From contig NC_073395.1 of assembly GCF_028641065.1 (NCBI RefSeq), positions 14,508,001 through 14,572,000 of the forward strand: DNA of 64,000 bases. Direction: 5' to 3'. The notes beneath the pieces are model-generated. The model ran no database searches, was not told the origin of the DNA, and worked only from the letters and a program-made list of their open reading frames with translations. Numbering within the stretch: position 1 is the stretch's first letter; the number at the start of each line of letters is the position of its first letter. Origin of the DNA: Leucoraja erinacea (taxonomy: Eukaryota). This document shows, piece after piece, positions 24,951 through 36,310 of this stretch. The position numbers and the translations under genes were made by a program.

Positions 24951-25584
24951 AGCAACAGAGGTTCACATGCACCCCTTCCAGCCTCGTCTAAACCATTCAA
25001 TGCTCTCGATGTGGCCTTATTCACATCGGTGAGACCAAGTGTAGGCATGGCGACCGTTTGCCGAACATGTGCTTTGTTCGTCAACGCCTCCTGGAGCTCT
25101 TGTTATTAGCCATTTTAACTCCCCTTCCCATTCCCATTCTGGCCTCTCTGTCCATGGTCTCTTCCATGGCCAGAGTGAGGCCACACGCAAACTGGAGGAA
25201 GAGCACCTCACATTCCGCTTGGGTAGCCCACAACCTTTGGGTGGCACAGTGGCGCAGTGGTAGAATTGCTGCCTTACAGTGCTTGCAGTGCCAGGGTCCC
25301 AGGTTCGATCCTGACCACGGGTGCTGTATGTATGAAGTGACTTGCGTGGGTTTTCTCCGAGATCTTCAGTTTCCTCCCACACTCCAAAGACATACAGATT
25401 TGTAGGTTAATTGGCTTGGGGTATGTGTAAATTGTCCCTAGTGTGTGTAGGATAGTGTTAATGTGCGGGGATCATTGGCTGGCACGGACTTGTTGGGCCG
25501 AAGAGCCTGTTTCCGTGCTGTAGCTCTAAACTAATCTAAACTAAACCCAATGGCATGAACACTGAATTCTTGAATCTCAAGTAA
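24950..25584 (+). pseudogene. Penelope-like element GIY-YIG endonuclease C-terminus, decayed and split by a SINE
   Basis: QRFTCTPSSLV*TIQCSRCGLIHIGETKCR.GDR / SHFNSPSHSHSGLSVHGL..QSEATRKLEEEHLTFRLGSPQP [SINE] NGMNTEF. Confidence 0.85.
25238..25545 (+). mobile_element. Full-length HE1-like V-SINE inserted in the Penelope ORF
   Basis: Head ggtggcacagtggcgcagtgg, B-box ggttcgatcc, tail ctaaactaatctaaactaaac. Confidence 0.9.
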
Positions 25585-26060
25585 TACTTCTGTACCCCAT
25601 CTCTCTTCCCCGTTTGTCCCCCACCTCACTCCAGTGTGTCCATGTTTCTCCCATCACTTCTTACTGTCCTACTATCCTTGTTCAATTCCCTGTGTCTCTA
25701 CACTCATTTCCCATCCCCAAATGGCCACCTTGTATCCTCCCTCTTTCCCCTCACCCCTCTCACTCCCTCCAGCTTTACATTTCTTTCCTCCTATTGTCTT
25801 CTTATTCGACAACCTTTTCCTCCTGTTCACCTCTAGCCTTTGTCACTTACTCCATTCATCCGCCTATCAACCCCCTCCCTCACCTGTATCCACCTATCAC
25901 TGCAGGCTTTGCCCCAGGCCCACCTCTCATTTCCAGCTTTCTCACCCCCAACTCCATCGGTCTAAAGAAGGGTCTCGACCCGATACATTGAGTGTCCATC
26001 CTCTCCACAGATGCCGTCTGACCTGCAGTATGTTTCTTGTGTCTCCAGCATTTTTATTTT
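25585..26060 (+). mobile_element. Penelope 3' pyrimidine-rich UTR/pLTR ending in a degenerate hammerhead (~25961)
   Basis: cggtctaaagaagggtctcgacccgatac followed by cagatgccgtctgacctg. Confidence 0.75.
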
Positions 26061-26806
26061 ACTATTTAGTCAAAACTTTAACTGAAGAGGTCATGAAGTG
26101 GGTGGAATTTACAAGTTTCCTTTGTGGTCAATGAAAGTAGTTTGAAAAAGGACAATACATTTTCAACGGAGTTAGTGGAGACAAACACTCACTTTTAAGT
26201 GAGACCTCCTTGCGTCACTGAAATTACACTGAGTACTCTTTACAATGCATTACCTTTGGAGGGTGGTGATTAGCAAATGCACGATTCAGACCTCAGCTCA
26301 CCCCTAATTTCACCAGAAGAGAGTTAACAAAGGACAAATGTGTCATTTGCCTGTTTCTCTAGATCACGTCTCTTTCATGCCCTGCCCCCATTGTCACTGA
26401 GAACAGTATCGTGGGGGAGATAAATAACACTCCTGATTTAAAGCCTGGACTTTGGAAATGGCTTAGATTCAAGACATTCCTAAGTTGTGGGCAGGTGCAT
26501 ATTGATTCAGGTTGACTGGGCAAATAAAGCAAAACAAGTTTCCTCGACTTCTGATAAACCTCAACAATTAATCAACAATATGTCTTCCAAAGCAATATCC
26601 AGAAGATCAGTGTTTCAGAACATCGTAATCACTTGTCCTCTCGCCAAGCAAAGCAAATAATAGAGATTTACAACACTGAAATGAGACCTTCCATCTATGC
26701 GGTCTATCTCAATCATCAAGCACCCATCTATACAAACGCTACACAAATCCCCTGCTTAATCTCCCTTCAATTCCCTTGGAAACTGCCACCCACCTATTCA
26801 GTAGGA

Positions 26807-27260
26807 TCATAGAAACATAGAAACATAGAAAATAGGTGCAGGAGTAGGCCATTCGGCCCTTCGAGCCTGCACCGCCATTCGATATGATCATGGCTGATCA
26901 TCCAACTCAGTATCCCATCCCTGCCTTCTCTCCATACCCCCTGATCTCTTTAGCCACAAGGGCCACATCTAACTCCCTCTTAAATATAGCCAATGAACTG
27001 GCCTTAACTACCTTCTGTTTTCAGAGAATTCCAGAGATTCACCACTCTCTGTGTAAAAAATGATTTTCTCATCTCGGTCCTAAAAGACTTCCCTCTTATC
27101 CTTAAATTGTGACCCCTAGTTCTGGACTTCCCCAACATCGGGAATAATCTTCCTGCATCTAGACTGTCCAACCCCTTAAGAATTTTGTAAGTTTCTATAA
27201 GATCCCCCCTCAATCTTCTAAATTCTAGCGTGTACAAGCCGAGTCTATCCAGTCTATCAT
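26807..27260 (-). mobile_element. Young CR1 3' fragment
   Basis: (catagaaa)n tail; DRLDRLGLYTLEFRRLRGDLIETYKILKG; near-identical to the 34458 copy. Confidence 0.92.
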
Positions 27261-27529
27261 CTGATGGTGGGGAACTCACCCACCAACCTGCACGTGCTTG
27301 GGACGTGGGTGGAAATTAAAGGACCCGAGGGATACTCACATGGTCACAGGGAGAACGTGCAAACGCCACATGAGTAGCAAAGGTCAGGTTCAAACCTGGA
27401 TCATTGGAGCTGAGGCAGCAATTCTACAAAATACATCACTGTGCTTCATCCTATCCTCTTGTCTCGTCTGCACACTCGCCTTATCTTAAGAAACTTACTG
27501 GTGAAGAGTTGAAAAATAGATAGTTGTAT

Positions 27530-28490
27530 GGCAGTATATAAAATCACGAGGGGTAGAAATTAGGTGAGTGATCACTGTATTTTCCCCAGGATAATCGGAG
27601 TCTGAAACTGGATGGCATAGATTTAGTTGAGAGGGGTAAAGATTTAGAGGGGAGTCGCGTGACAGGTTTTTCCATGCAGAGGGTAGAGCGTATATGGAAC
27701 CAGTTACCAGAGCAAGTAGCAGAGGCAGGTATAATTACAACGTTTCAAAGACATTTGGACTGGTACCTGGATGGGAATGGTTGAGAGGGATATGGGCCTA
27801 ACACAGGCAGGTGGCACTAGCTCAAGCTTGGTCAGCATGGACGAGATGAGCCAAACAGTATGTTTCCATCCAATATAACTCAATGACTTTTGGAATATTT
27901 TAATCTCATGGGCCACATCTCTTTAATGCTATAGAGCAATTTTGGTGCCTTAGATCCTAATGCTTAAGGTCATAAGATCATAAGGAATAGGAGTAGAATT
28001 AGGCCATTCAGCCCATGAAGTCTACTCCACCATTCAATCATGGCTGAACTATCTCTCCCTCTTAACCCCATTCTCCTGCCTTCTCCCCATAACCTCTGGC
28101 CCGTGTACTAATCAAGAATCTCTGCCTTAAAAATATCTATTGACTTGGCCTCCATATCCTTCTGTGGTAAAGAATTCCACAGATTGACCGCCCTCTGACT
28201 AAAGAAATATCTCCTCATCACCTTCCTAAAAGAACGTCCTTTAATTCTGAGGCCATGCCCTCTAGTTCTAGACTCTCCCACTAATGGAAACATCCTATCC
28301 CAATTGATCATCCCAATGTTTAAGAAACAGTTAGACATTTACATGGATAGGCCAAGTTTGGACGGATATGGACCAAGCGCAGGCAGGTGGGACTAGTGTA
28401 GCTGGGACATTGTTGGCCGGTGTGGGCAAGTAGGGTCGAAGACGAAGTGTTTCCACACTGTATCGCTCAATGACTCTATGACTCTATCCT
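27530..28490. mobile_element. Cluster of CR1 3' fragments on both strands
   Basis: 27530-27890 (+), 27970-28300 (-), 28308-28487 (+). Confidence 0.75.
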
Positions 28491-29248
28491 CTCCACTTCC
28501 TGGAAGTGAGCTGATAGCAGAGTGCGGCTTGGGCTTTATCTAACGTATTCTAACGTAAGTCTAAGTCATGTCCAATCTCATTATTTCCATCACTCCCACG
28601 CTCAAATATTTCTCACTAACTGCAAGTGAACGTATACATAATTACCTGCAAACATTAATCATAAGACCTTTTTTATTTGACACATCAGTAACAAGTTATT
28701 CATTCACTGGTACAGAAGTTAATTAGAAGTAAACAACCGACATGGCTTCCAGTTCTGAATTGATGATCGTGCTGGAATAATTACATTGGCCCAGCCAAAG
28801 GTTGACCGCAGCAAGAATGAGTTTCACCTCATCACCCTGAAGTTTCGAGCTCAAGAAAGGTAGCTCAAAATGACAGAGATCAGGCTGGGAGTCTCATTAC
28901 TCAAAAACTACACTGGAGATAACATAAATTATATCTAGTCTTTAATTTGGGCGATGGTAGAAGAGGTGATCTGTACATATACCCTCGCGGGGAAATAACT
29001 CACTGAATTGTGAATGTGGGAAAAGCAGCACACTGCCTCTCGGTGGCAATTCCCTGCAAGATAAAGAACAGAGGAGAGAATGGGACGGAGGTAAAGGAAG
29101 AGGTATATTTATTAGTTGTGTCTTTCTATTCCTTGGCCGATTAAGTCTTTCTGAAATGTAATGTGGTAAATCATGCGAGGAATAGATTGAGTAACCGCAT
29201 ATTGGGTCTCTTGCCCAGAGTCGGGGGAATCGAGAACCAGAGAACATA

Positions 29249-30015
29249 CAGTGCATTCAGAAAGTATTCAGACCCCTTCACTTTTTCCACAATTTGTTAA
29301 GTTACAGCCTTATTTTAAAATAAATTAAATTAAAAATTTTTATCATCAATCTACACACAATACCCCAGAATGAAGAAGCGAAAACAGGCATTTAGAAATT
29401 TTTGCAAAGTAATTAAAAATAAATAACTGAAATATCACATTTACGTAAGTATTCAGACCCTTTGCTATGACACTCAAAATTCAGCTTAGGTGCATCCTGT
29501 TTCCATTGATTATCCTTGAGATGTTTCTACAACTTGATTGGAGTCCACCAGTGGTAAATTAAATTGATTGGACATGATTTGGAAAGGCACACACCTGCCT
29601 ATATAAGGTCCCACATTTGATAGTGCATGTCAGAGCAAAAGCCATGTAGATGAAGGAATTGGCTGTAGACCTCCAAGACAGGATTGTGTCGTGACACAGA
29701 TCAGGGGAAGGGTTTTTAAATAATTTCTGCAGCATTGCCGGTACCGAAGAGTACAGTGGCCTCCGTCATTCTTAAATTGAAGAACTTTGGAACCACCAGG
29801 ACTCTTCATAGAGCTGGCCACCCGGCGAAACTGAGCAATCAGGGAGAAGGGCCTTGGTCGGGGAGGTGACTAAGAACCTGATGGACACTCTGACAGAGCT
29901 CCAGATTTCCTCTGTGGTGTGGCGTTGGGAGAAACTTCCAGAAGGACAACTATATCTGCAGCACTCTACCAATCAGGCCTTTATGGTAGAGTGGCCAGAA
30001 GGAAGCCAGTCCTCA
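29249..30015 (+). mobile_element. Tc1/mariner IR/DR-type transposon, left half
   Basis: TA|cagtgcattcagaaagtattcagacccc; inner direct repeat aagtattcagaccc at 29262 and 29447; tatataa before the ORF; inserted at a TA in a CR1 tail. Confidence 0.92.
29644..30015 (+). pseudogene. Tc1 transposase N-terminal (paired-like HTH) pseudogene
   Basis: M*MKELAVDLQDRIVS*HRSGEG..VASVILKLKNFGTTRTLHRAGHPAKLSN..VGEVTKNLMDTLTELQ..RRTTISAALYQSGLYGRVARRKP; stops and frameshifts. Confidence 0.88.
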
Positions 30016-30372
30016 CACACTCCAACGACCTACTGGTTTCTCGGTTAATTGGCTTCAGTAAAAATTTTAAATTGTCCCTAGTGTGTAGAATAGTGTTAGT
30101 GTACGGGGTGATAAGGTTGGTGCTGACTCGGTGCATTGAAGGGCCTGTTTCACGCTGCATCTTAAAAGGAAACATCCCAGTGGCACGTACATATCCATGC
30201 CTTGAGTTGATCCGCAATTCAAGCTAACAGTCCTTCCTCGCTCCCTGCCATGCGCCTGCCTGTTCTGTCCACTGAACTTTCCTTCACAACCATCCATGCC
30301 GACTTCCTGCCGGTAATTTGTCTAGAGAGGTTAGACACAGTTAAAATGGCTCAAAAAGCCAGATATTGCCTT

Positions 30373-30668
30373 CGTTTAGAGATACAGCGCGGAAACAAAC
30401 CCTTCAGCCCACCAGGTCTCACCGACCAGCGATTTCCCCCACACATTAACACACACTAGAGACAATTTTACATTTCCGCCAAGCCAATCAACCTACAAAC
30501 CTGTAAGTCTTTGGAGTGTGGGAAGAAACTTAAGATCTCGGAGAAAACTCACGCAGGTCACTGCGAGAACGTACAAACTACGTACAGATAAGTAACAGTG
30601 GTCAGGATCGAACCTGGGTCTTTGACGCTGTAAGGCAATAGTTCTACCACTATGCCACCGTGCCTCCC
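30373..30668 (-). mobile_element. HE1-like V-SINE
   Basis: Reverse complement head, V-domain and tail. Confidence 0.85.
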
Positions 30669-31014
30669 TTCTGCTCTGATATTTCCTTTGGAGCTCTCAA
30701 TTGAACATGGTTAATCCCTGTGATTATTGCAATGATTTCAACAGGTTGCAGAATGTTATCTTTCCGCATGTGTATTTTTTGGAACAATGGCAAGCTTAAA
30801 CCTTACCTTTATCAATCGAAAGTATAAAATACTATTAAATAGCCTGGTGATAGAACCCATAAATCACACCTCCCTCCCAACTGTTTAATCCCGTGTGGAA
30901 ATAGTTGATAAGAACATTACTTCCATTGTTATTCATGGCTGGAACCTGCTGGATGGACATAACCTGCATTACCCTGAAGAGAGTTTTCCTCGAGAGAAAT
31001 TCCTGCTATGATAA

Positions 31015-32832
31015 AAATTCATAAGCCATAGGAGCAGCATGAGGCCATTCGGCCCATTGAGTCTACTCTGCCATTTTATCATGGTTGATCTTTCTTTCCC
31101 TCTCAACCCTATTCTCCTGCCTTCTCCCCATAATCTTTGGCACCCTTACTAATCAAGAACATGTCAATCTCCGCTTTAAAAATATCCACTGACGTCCTTC
31201 ACAGTGATCCATGGCAATGAATTCCACAGATTCACCACCCTCTGACTAAAGAAATTCCCCCTCATCTCCTTTCTAAAGTTACGTCCTTTAGGTATATTCA
31301 GGGGCCTGTCTTTCCTTCATTTTCAGTTATGAGGTTACAGCCATTACTGCTGCAGACATATCATTGGGAGATGCACAGTTCTAGAGAGGTTAGATATGGA
31401 ATTGGCGCTTCTCCGACTGGATGGCTGGGGTCAAGGCTTTGGGCAAGAACACTGTCTCTTGCCCAGAGTATGGGGAATCGAGAACCAGAGGTTTAAGATG
31501 AGTTCACACAAGTTCACACGTTATAGGAGTAGAATTAGGCCATTCGGCCCATTGAGTCTACGCCATTCAATCATGGCTGATCTCTGCCTCCTAATCCCAT
31601 CTTCCCATAACCCCTGACACCCGTTCTAATCAAGAATTTGTCAATATCTGTCTCAGAAATATCCACTGACTTGGCCTCCACAGCTATCTGTGGCCATGAG
31701 TTCCATGGATGAACTATCCTTTGACTAAAGAAGTTCCTCCTCACCTTCTTTCCAAAAAGCGCCCTTTAATTCTGAGGCTGAGGCTAGACTCTCCCACCAG
31801 TGGAAACATCCTTTCCACATCCTCTCTATCTATGCCTTTCATTATTCTGTAAGTTTCAATGAGGTCCCCCCTCAACCTTTAAAACTCCAGCGAGTAGAGG
31901 CCCAGTGCTGTCAAACACTCATCATATGCTAACCCACTCATTCCTGGAAGGGAGGGAGGAAATGAGGGGGAAAAGATTTAATAGGAAGTCGAGGGGTAAC
32001 CTTTTTGCACAAAGGGTGGATGTTGTATGGAACAAGGGGCCGGAGAAGGCAGTTGAGGCAGAGATTATCGCAATGTTTTGGAAACATTTAGACAGGTACA
32101 TGGACAGGATGGCTTTAGAGGGATATGGGCCAAATGCAGGCAGGTGGGATAGTGTAGATGGGACATGTTGGTCGGTGTGGACAGGTTGGGTTGAAGGGGC
32201 TGTTTCTGCGTTGTATAATTACATGACCCTATGACTCTAATAAAGGGTTGGCCATTCAGGGTAGGGATGAGAAGCATGTTTCACACCTGGACTACAGTGA
32301 AGTTTTGGAGAAGCCATCACTGGACATGTTCAGGACAGAGATGGGTAGATGTGTGGAGATCTGGGGCTTCATGGAACATGGTGTTAGTACAGTAAAGAGT
32401 CAATGAAGCAATCGACTATGATTTTTGAATAGAGTTGCAATCACGAGGGGCTGAATAAATACCTCCTTGGGTGTAAAACTGCTTCCACTAGACCAACTAC
32501 CTCCTTTTGGAAGCTTGTTCCATACACATTCCACCCTCTGTGTGAAAAGGTTACCCCTCGGATTCCTATGAAGGGGGAAAGATTTAATAGGAACCCAAGG
32601 AAAAACTTTTTCACACACAAGGTGGTGGGTGTATGGAACAAGCTGCCAGAGGAGATAGTTGAGGCTGGGACTATCCCATCGTTTAAGAAACAGTTAGACA
32701 GGTACATGGATAGAACAGGTTTGGAGGGCTATGGACCAAACGCAGGCAGGTGGGACTACAGTAGCTGGGACATTGTTGGCCAGTGTGGGCGAGTTGGGCC
32801 GAAGGGGCTGTTTCTACACTCTATGACTCTAT
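31015..32832. mobile_element. Cluster of CR1 3' fragments (31015-31290 -, 31500-31945 -, 31960-32240 +, 32490-32567 -, 32568-32832 +)
   Basis: Translations RGNLFAQRVDVVWNK and FFTHKVVGVWNKLPEEIVEAG; typical tails. Confidence 0.8.
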
Positions 32833-33004
32833 AACAAATAAGGATCAGACAGTGGAGAGACACAGACAATAATTTGAAGAGTCATTTCAAAGAAAATAAA
32901 TCAAAGTCCAAAACTGTAAAGCCAATGCAAAGTTATGATTAATTCCTGCCACTATTCCACTGACGGCAATAGATTGAATTCACTGAAGTATAGTGGCGGG
33001 CTTT

Positions 33005-33617
33005 CAGCTTCAGTTTACTTTATTGTCACGTGTACTGAGGTATAGTGAAAAGCTTTTGTTGCATGCTACCCAGTCAGTGAATAGACCATAATTGATTGCA
33101 ATCGAGCCATTTACAGTGTATAGATACATGATAAGGATAAGAGCAGGCTGACTGGTTCGGTAGTTCAAGCAAAGGTGGTTGCAGAAAGTAGTGGACTTTG
33201 CCCAATCCATCGCGGGTATCAAAGCAATGCCTCAAGAATGCAGCTAGTATCATCAAAGACACACACCAGCCTGGCCATGCTCTCTCTCATCTCGCTGCTA
33301 CCATCGGGAAGAAGGCACAGGAGCCTAAAGACAGTTAGCCCCACGTTCAAGAACAGCTTCTTCCCACCAAGCATGAGGCTCTGGAACAACTCTGCATAGC
33401 CCAAACCATAACCTTATCTCAGCACCAAACTATTATGGCCCTGCACATAAGGCTGAACTACATAATTTGGCTTGCACTATCATGGTCTGGTTTACCTAGA
33501 ATTGCCCAGAAAAAGTGATCCCTTATTGCATTTTTATTTGCTGCACATTTACTGTGCCTATATAGCTGCAGCAAGCAAGAAATTCAATGTTCTGATCCTG
33601 GCATATATGACACTTAA
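33005..33617. mobile_element. Rex1/Babar fragments in head-to-head orientation
   Basis: Tail reverse complement tttattgtcacgtgtactgaggtatagtgaaaag at 33020; + fragment LLPSGRRHRSLKT..FKNSFFP. Confidence 0.7.
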
Positions 33618-33818
33618 ACACAAGATAGACACCAAAAGCTGGAGTATCTCAGCGGGACAGGCAGCATCTCTGGAGAGAAGGAATGTGTGACGTTTTGGGT
33701 CTCGACCCAAAACGTCACCCATTCCTTCTCTCCAGAGATGCTGCCTGTCCCGTCGAGTTACTCCAGCTTTTTGTGTATATCTTCGGTTTAAACCAGCACC
33801 TGCAGTTCCTTCCTACAC
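33618..33818. mobile_element. Near-perfect fold-back Penelope-derived insert; TSD atgacacttaa (33607-33617 / 33819-33829)
   Basis: ~80-bp inverted arms centred on gggt-ctcg-accc (hammerhead stem II). Confidence 0.85.
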
Positions 33819-34457
33819 ATGACACTTAACTCTCTTGACATTTATGACTCTTGACTACATCCTGAATTAGGCTCCACAAAGCTGACAGATAATGAGGCGA
33901 TGGATTCCTTCCGTGCAGTAAGAATATTATAGTTCTCAGTTTCCAAGCCAGTTGAAGGAAAAAAAGGTGACAGTGAACTCAAACATTATGGAGGGGAGCA
34001 TAAAAAGTGAAGAGATTGTGAACGATTAATATTATTCTTTTAAACTACCTGATGGATGAAAGGCAGGCTACAAGATTTTCAATAAAATGAGTTTCAAAAT
34101 CACAGATATATTCTTCATGATGAACAGTTTAGTGTTGGAATGTTTGCTGTGTGGTGTAATAATATCACCAATAATTTAAAAAATGCAATTAAATATGCAA
34201 TTATAACCAAGATTAACTGAGACGTTAATCATAATTATTTTATTCTAATAGCTTGACAACTCCAATTATACAGTGGAGCAATGGTTAACCGACTGGATGA
34301 ACAGCCAGAGTTTGCGTCCATTGAAACAGGGACCTGGGTTTGAATCCCACCGTGGCAATTGGGTTTAAATTCAAGTAATTAACAAAATCTGTAATTTCAG
34401 AAAAGGTTAGTCTCACAGAGGCGTGGTCGTAAAGTTACGGCTTTACAGCGCCAGAGA

Positions 34458-36310
34458 CATAGAAACATAGAAACATAGAAATTAGGTGCAGGAGTAGGCC
34501 ATTCGGCCCTTCGAGCCTGCACCGCCATTCAATATGATCATGGCTGATCATCCAACTCAGTATCCCGTACCTGCCTTCTCTCCATACCCCCTGATCCCCT
34601 TAGCCACAAGGGCCACATCTAACTCCCTCTTAAATATAGCCAATGAACTGGCCTCAACTACCCTCTGTGGCAGAGAGTTCCAGAGATTCACCACTCTCTG
34701 CGTGAAAAAAGTTCTTCTCATCTCGGTTTTAAAGGATTTCCCCTTTTTCCTTAAGCTGTGACCCCTTGTCCTGGACTTCCCTAACATCGGGAACAATCTT
34801 CCTGCATCTAGCCTGTCCAACCCCTTAAGAATTTTGTAAGTTTCTATAAGATCCCCTCTCAATCTTCTAAATTCTAGAGAGTATAAACCAAGTCTATCCA
34901 GTCTTTCTTCATAAGACAGTCCTGACATCCCAGGAATCAGTCTGGTGAACCGTCTCTGCACTCCCTCTATGGCAATAATGTCCTTCCTCAGATTTGGAGA
35001 CCAAAACTGTACGCAATACTCCAGGTGTGGTCTCACCAAGACCCTGTACAACTGCAGTAGAATCTCTCTGCTCCTATACTCAAATCCTTTTGCAATGAAA
35101 GCTAACATACCATTCGCTTTCTTTACTGCCTGCTGCACCTGCATGCCTACCTTCAATGACTGGTGTACCATGACACCCAGGTCTCGCTGCATCTCCCCCT
35201 TTCCCAATCGGCCACCATTTAGATAATAGTCTGCTTTCCTATTTTTGCCACCAAAATGGATAACCTCACATTTATCCACATTATACTGCATCTGCCAAAC
35301 ATTTGCCCACTCACCCAGCCTATCCAAGTCACCCTGCAGTCTCCTAGCATCCTCCTCACAGCTAACACTGCCCCCCAGCTTAGTGTCATCTGCAAACTTG
35401 GAGATATTGCCTTCCATTCCCTCATCCAGATCATTAATATATATTGTAAATAGCTGGGGTCCCAGTACTGAGCCTTGGGGTACCCCACTAGTCACTGCCT
35501 GCCATTGTGAAAAGGACCCGTTTACTCCTACTCTTTGCTTCCTGTTTGCCAGCCAGTTCTCTATCCACATCAATACTGAACCCCCAATGCCTTGTGCTTT
35601 AAGTTTGTATACTAATTTCTTATGTGGGACCTTGTCGAAAGCCTTCTGGAAGTCCAGATACACCACATCCACTGGTTCTCCCCTATCCACGCTACTAGTT
35701 ACATCCTCGTAAAATTCTATAAGATTCGTCAGACATGATTTACCTTTCGTAAATCCATGCTGACTTTGTCCAATGATTTCACCACTTTCCAAATGTGCTG
35801 CTATCCCATCTTTAATAACTGACTCTAGCAGTTTCCCCACTACCGATGTTAGACTAACTGGTCTGTAATTCCCCATTTTCTCTCTCCCTCCCTTCTTAAA
35901 AAGTGGGGTTACGTTTGCTACCCGCCAATCTTCAGGAACTACTCCACAATCTAAAGAGTTTTGAAAGATTATTACTAATGCATCCACTATTTCTGGAGCT
36001 ACTTCCTTAAGTACTCTGGGATGCAGCCTATCTGGCCCTGGGGATTTATCGGCCTTTAATCCATTCAATTTACCCAACACCACTTCCCGGCTAACCTGGA
36101 TTTCACTCAATTCCTCCAACTCCTTTGACCCGCGGTCCCCTGCTATTTCCGGCAAATTATTTATGTCTTCCTTAGTGAAGACGGAACCAAAGTAGTTATT
36201 CAATTTGTCCGCCATATCCTTGTTCCCCATGATCAACTCCCCTGTTTCTGACTGCAAGGGACCTACATTTGTTTTAACTAATCTCTTTCTTTTCACATAT
36301 CTATAAAAAC
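34458..36310 (-). mobile_element. Young 5'-truncated CR1 (HER1-like) LINE
   Basis: (catagaaa)x3 tail, 3' UTR, 1.74-kb uninterrupted ORF2. Confidence 0.96.
34557..36296 (-). CDS. CR1 ORF2 reverse transcriptase domain (5'-truncated; endonuclease missing; no genuine start)
   Basis: KSPGPD, NYRPVSLTS, QHGF, YLDFQKAFDKV, SGVPQGSVLGP, FADDTKL, RDLGV, RPHLEYC; 579 codons with no stop. Confidence 0.95.
   Translation of the reverse strand: MKRKRLVKTNVGPLQSETGELIMGNKDMADKLNNYFGSVFTKEDINNLPEIAGDRGSKELEELSEIQVSREVVLGKLNGLKADKSPGPDRLHPRVLKEVAPEIVDALVIIFQNSLDCGVVPEDWRVANVTPLFKKGGREKMGNYRPVSLTSVVGKLLESVIKDGIAAHLESGEIIGQSQHGFTKGKSCLTNLIEFYEDVTSSVDRGEPVDVVYLDFQKAFDKVPHKKLVYKLKAQGIGGSVLMWIENWLANRKQRVGVNGSFSQWQAVTSGVPQGSVLGPQLFTIYINDLDEGMEGNISKFADDTKLGGSVSCEEDARRLQGDLDRLGEWANVWQMQYNVDKCEVIHFGGKNRKADYYLNGGRLGKGEMQRDLGVMVHQSLKVGMQVQQAVKKANGMLAFIAKGFEYRSREILLQLYRVLVRPHLEYCVQFWSPNLRKDIIAIEGVQRRFTRLIPGMSGLSYEERLDRLGLYSLEFRRLRGDLIETYKILKGLDRLDAGRLFPMLGKSRTRGHSLRKKGKSFKTEMRRTFFTQRVVNLWNSLPQRVVEASSLAIFKRELDVALVAKGIRGYGEKAGTGY

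Noticed and set aside
34534-35712. Plus-strand ORFs overlapping the CR1
   Set aside because: Antisense shadows of CR1 ORF2
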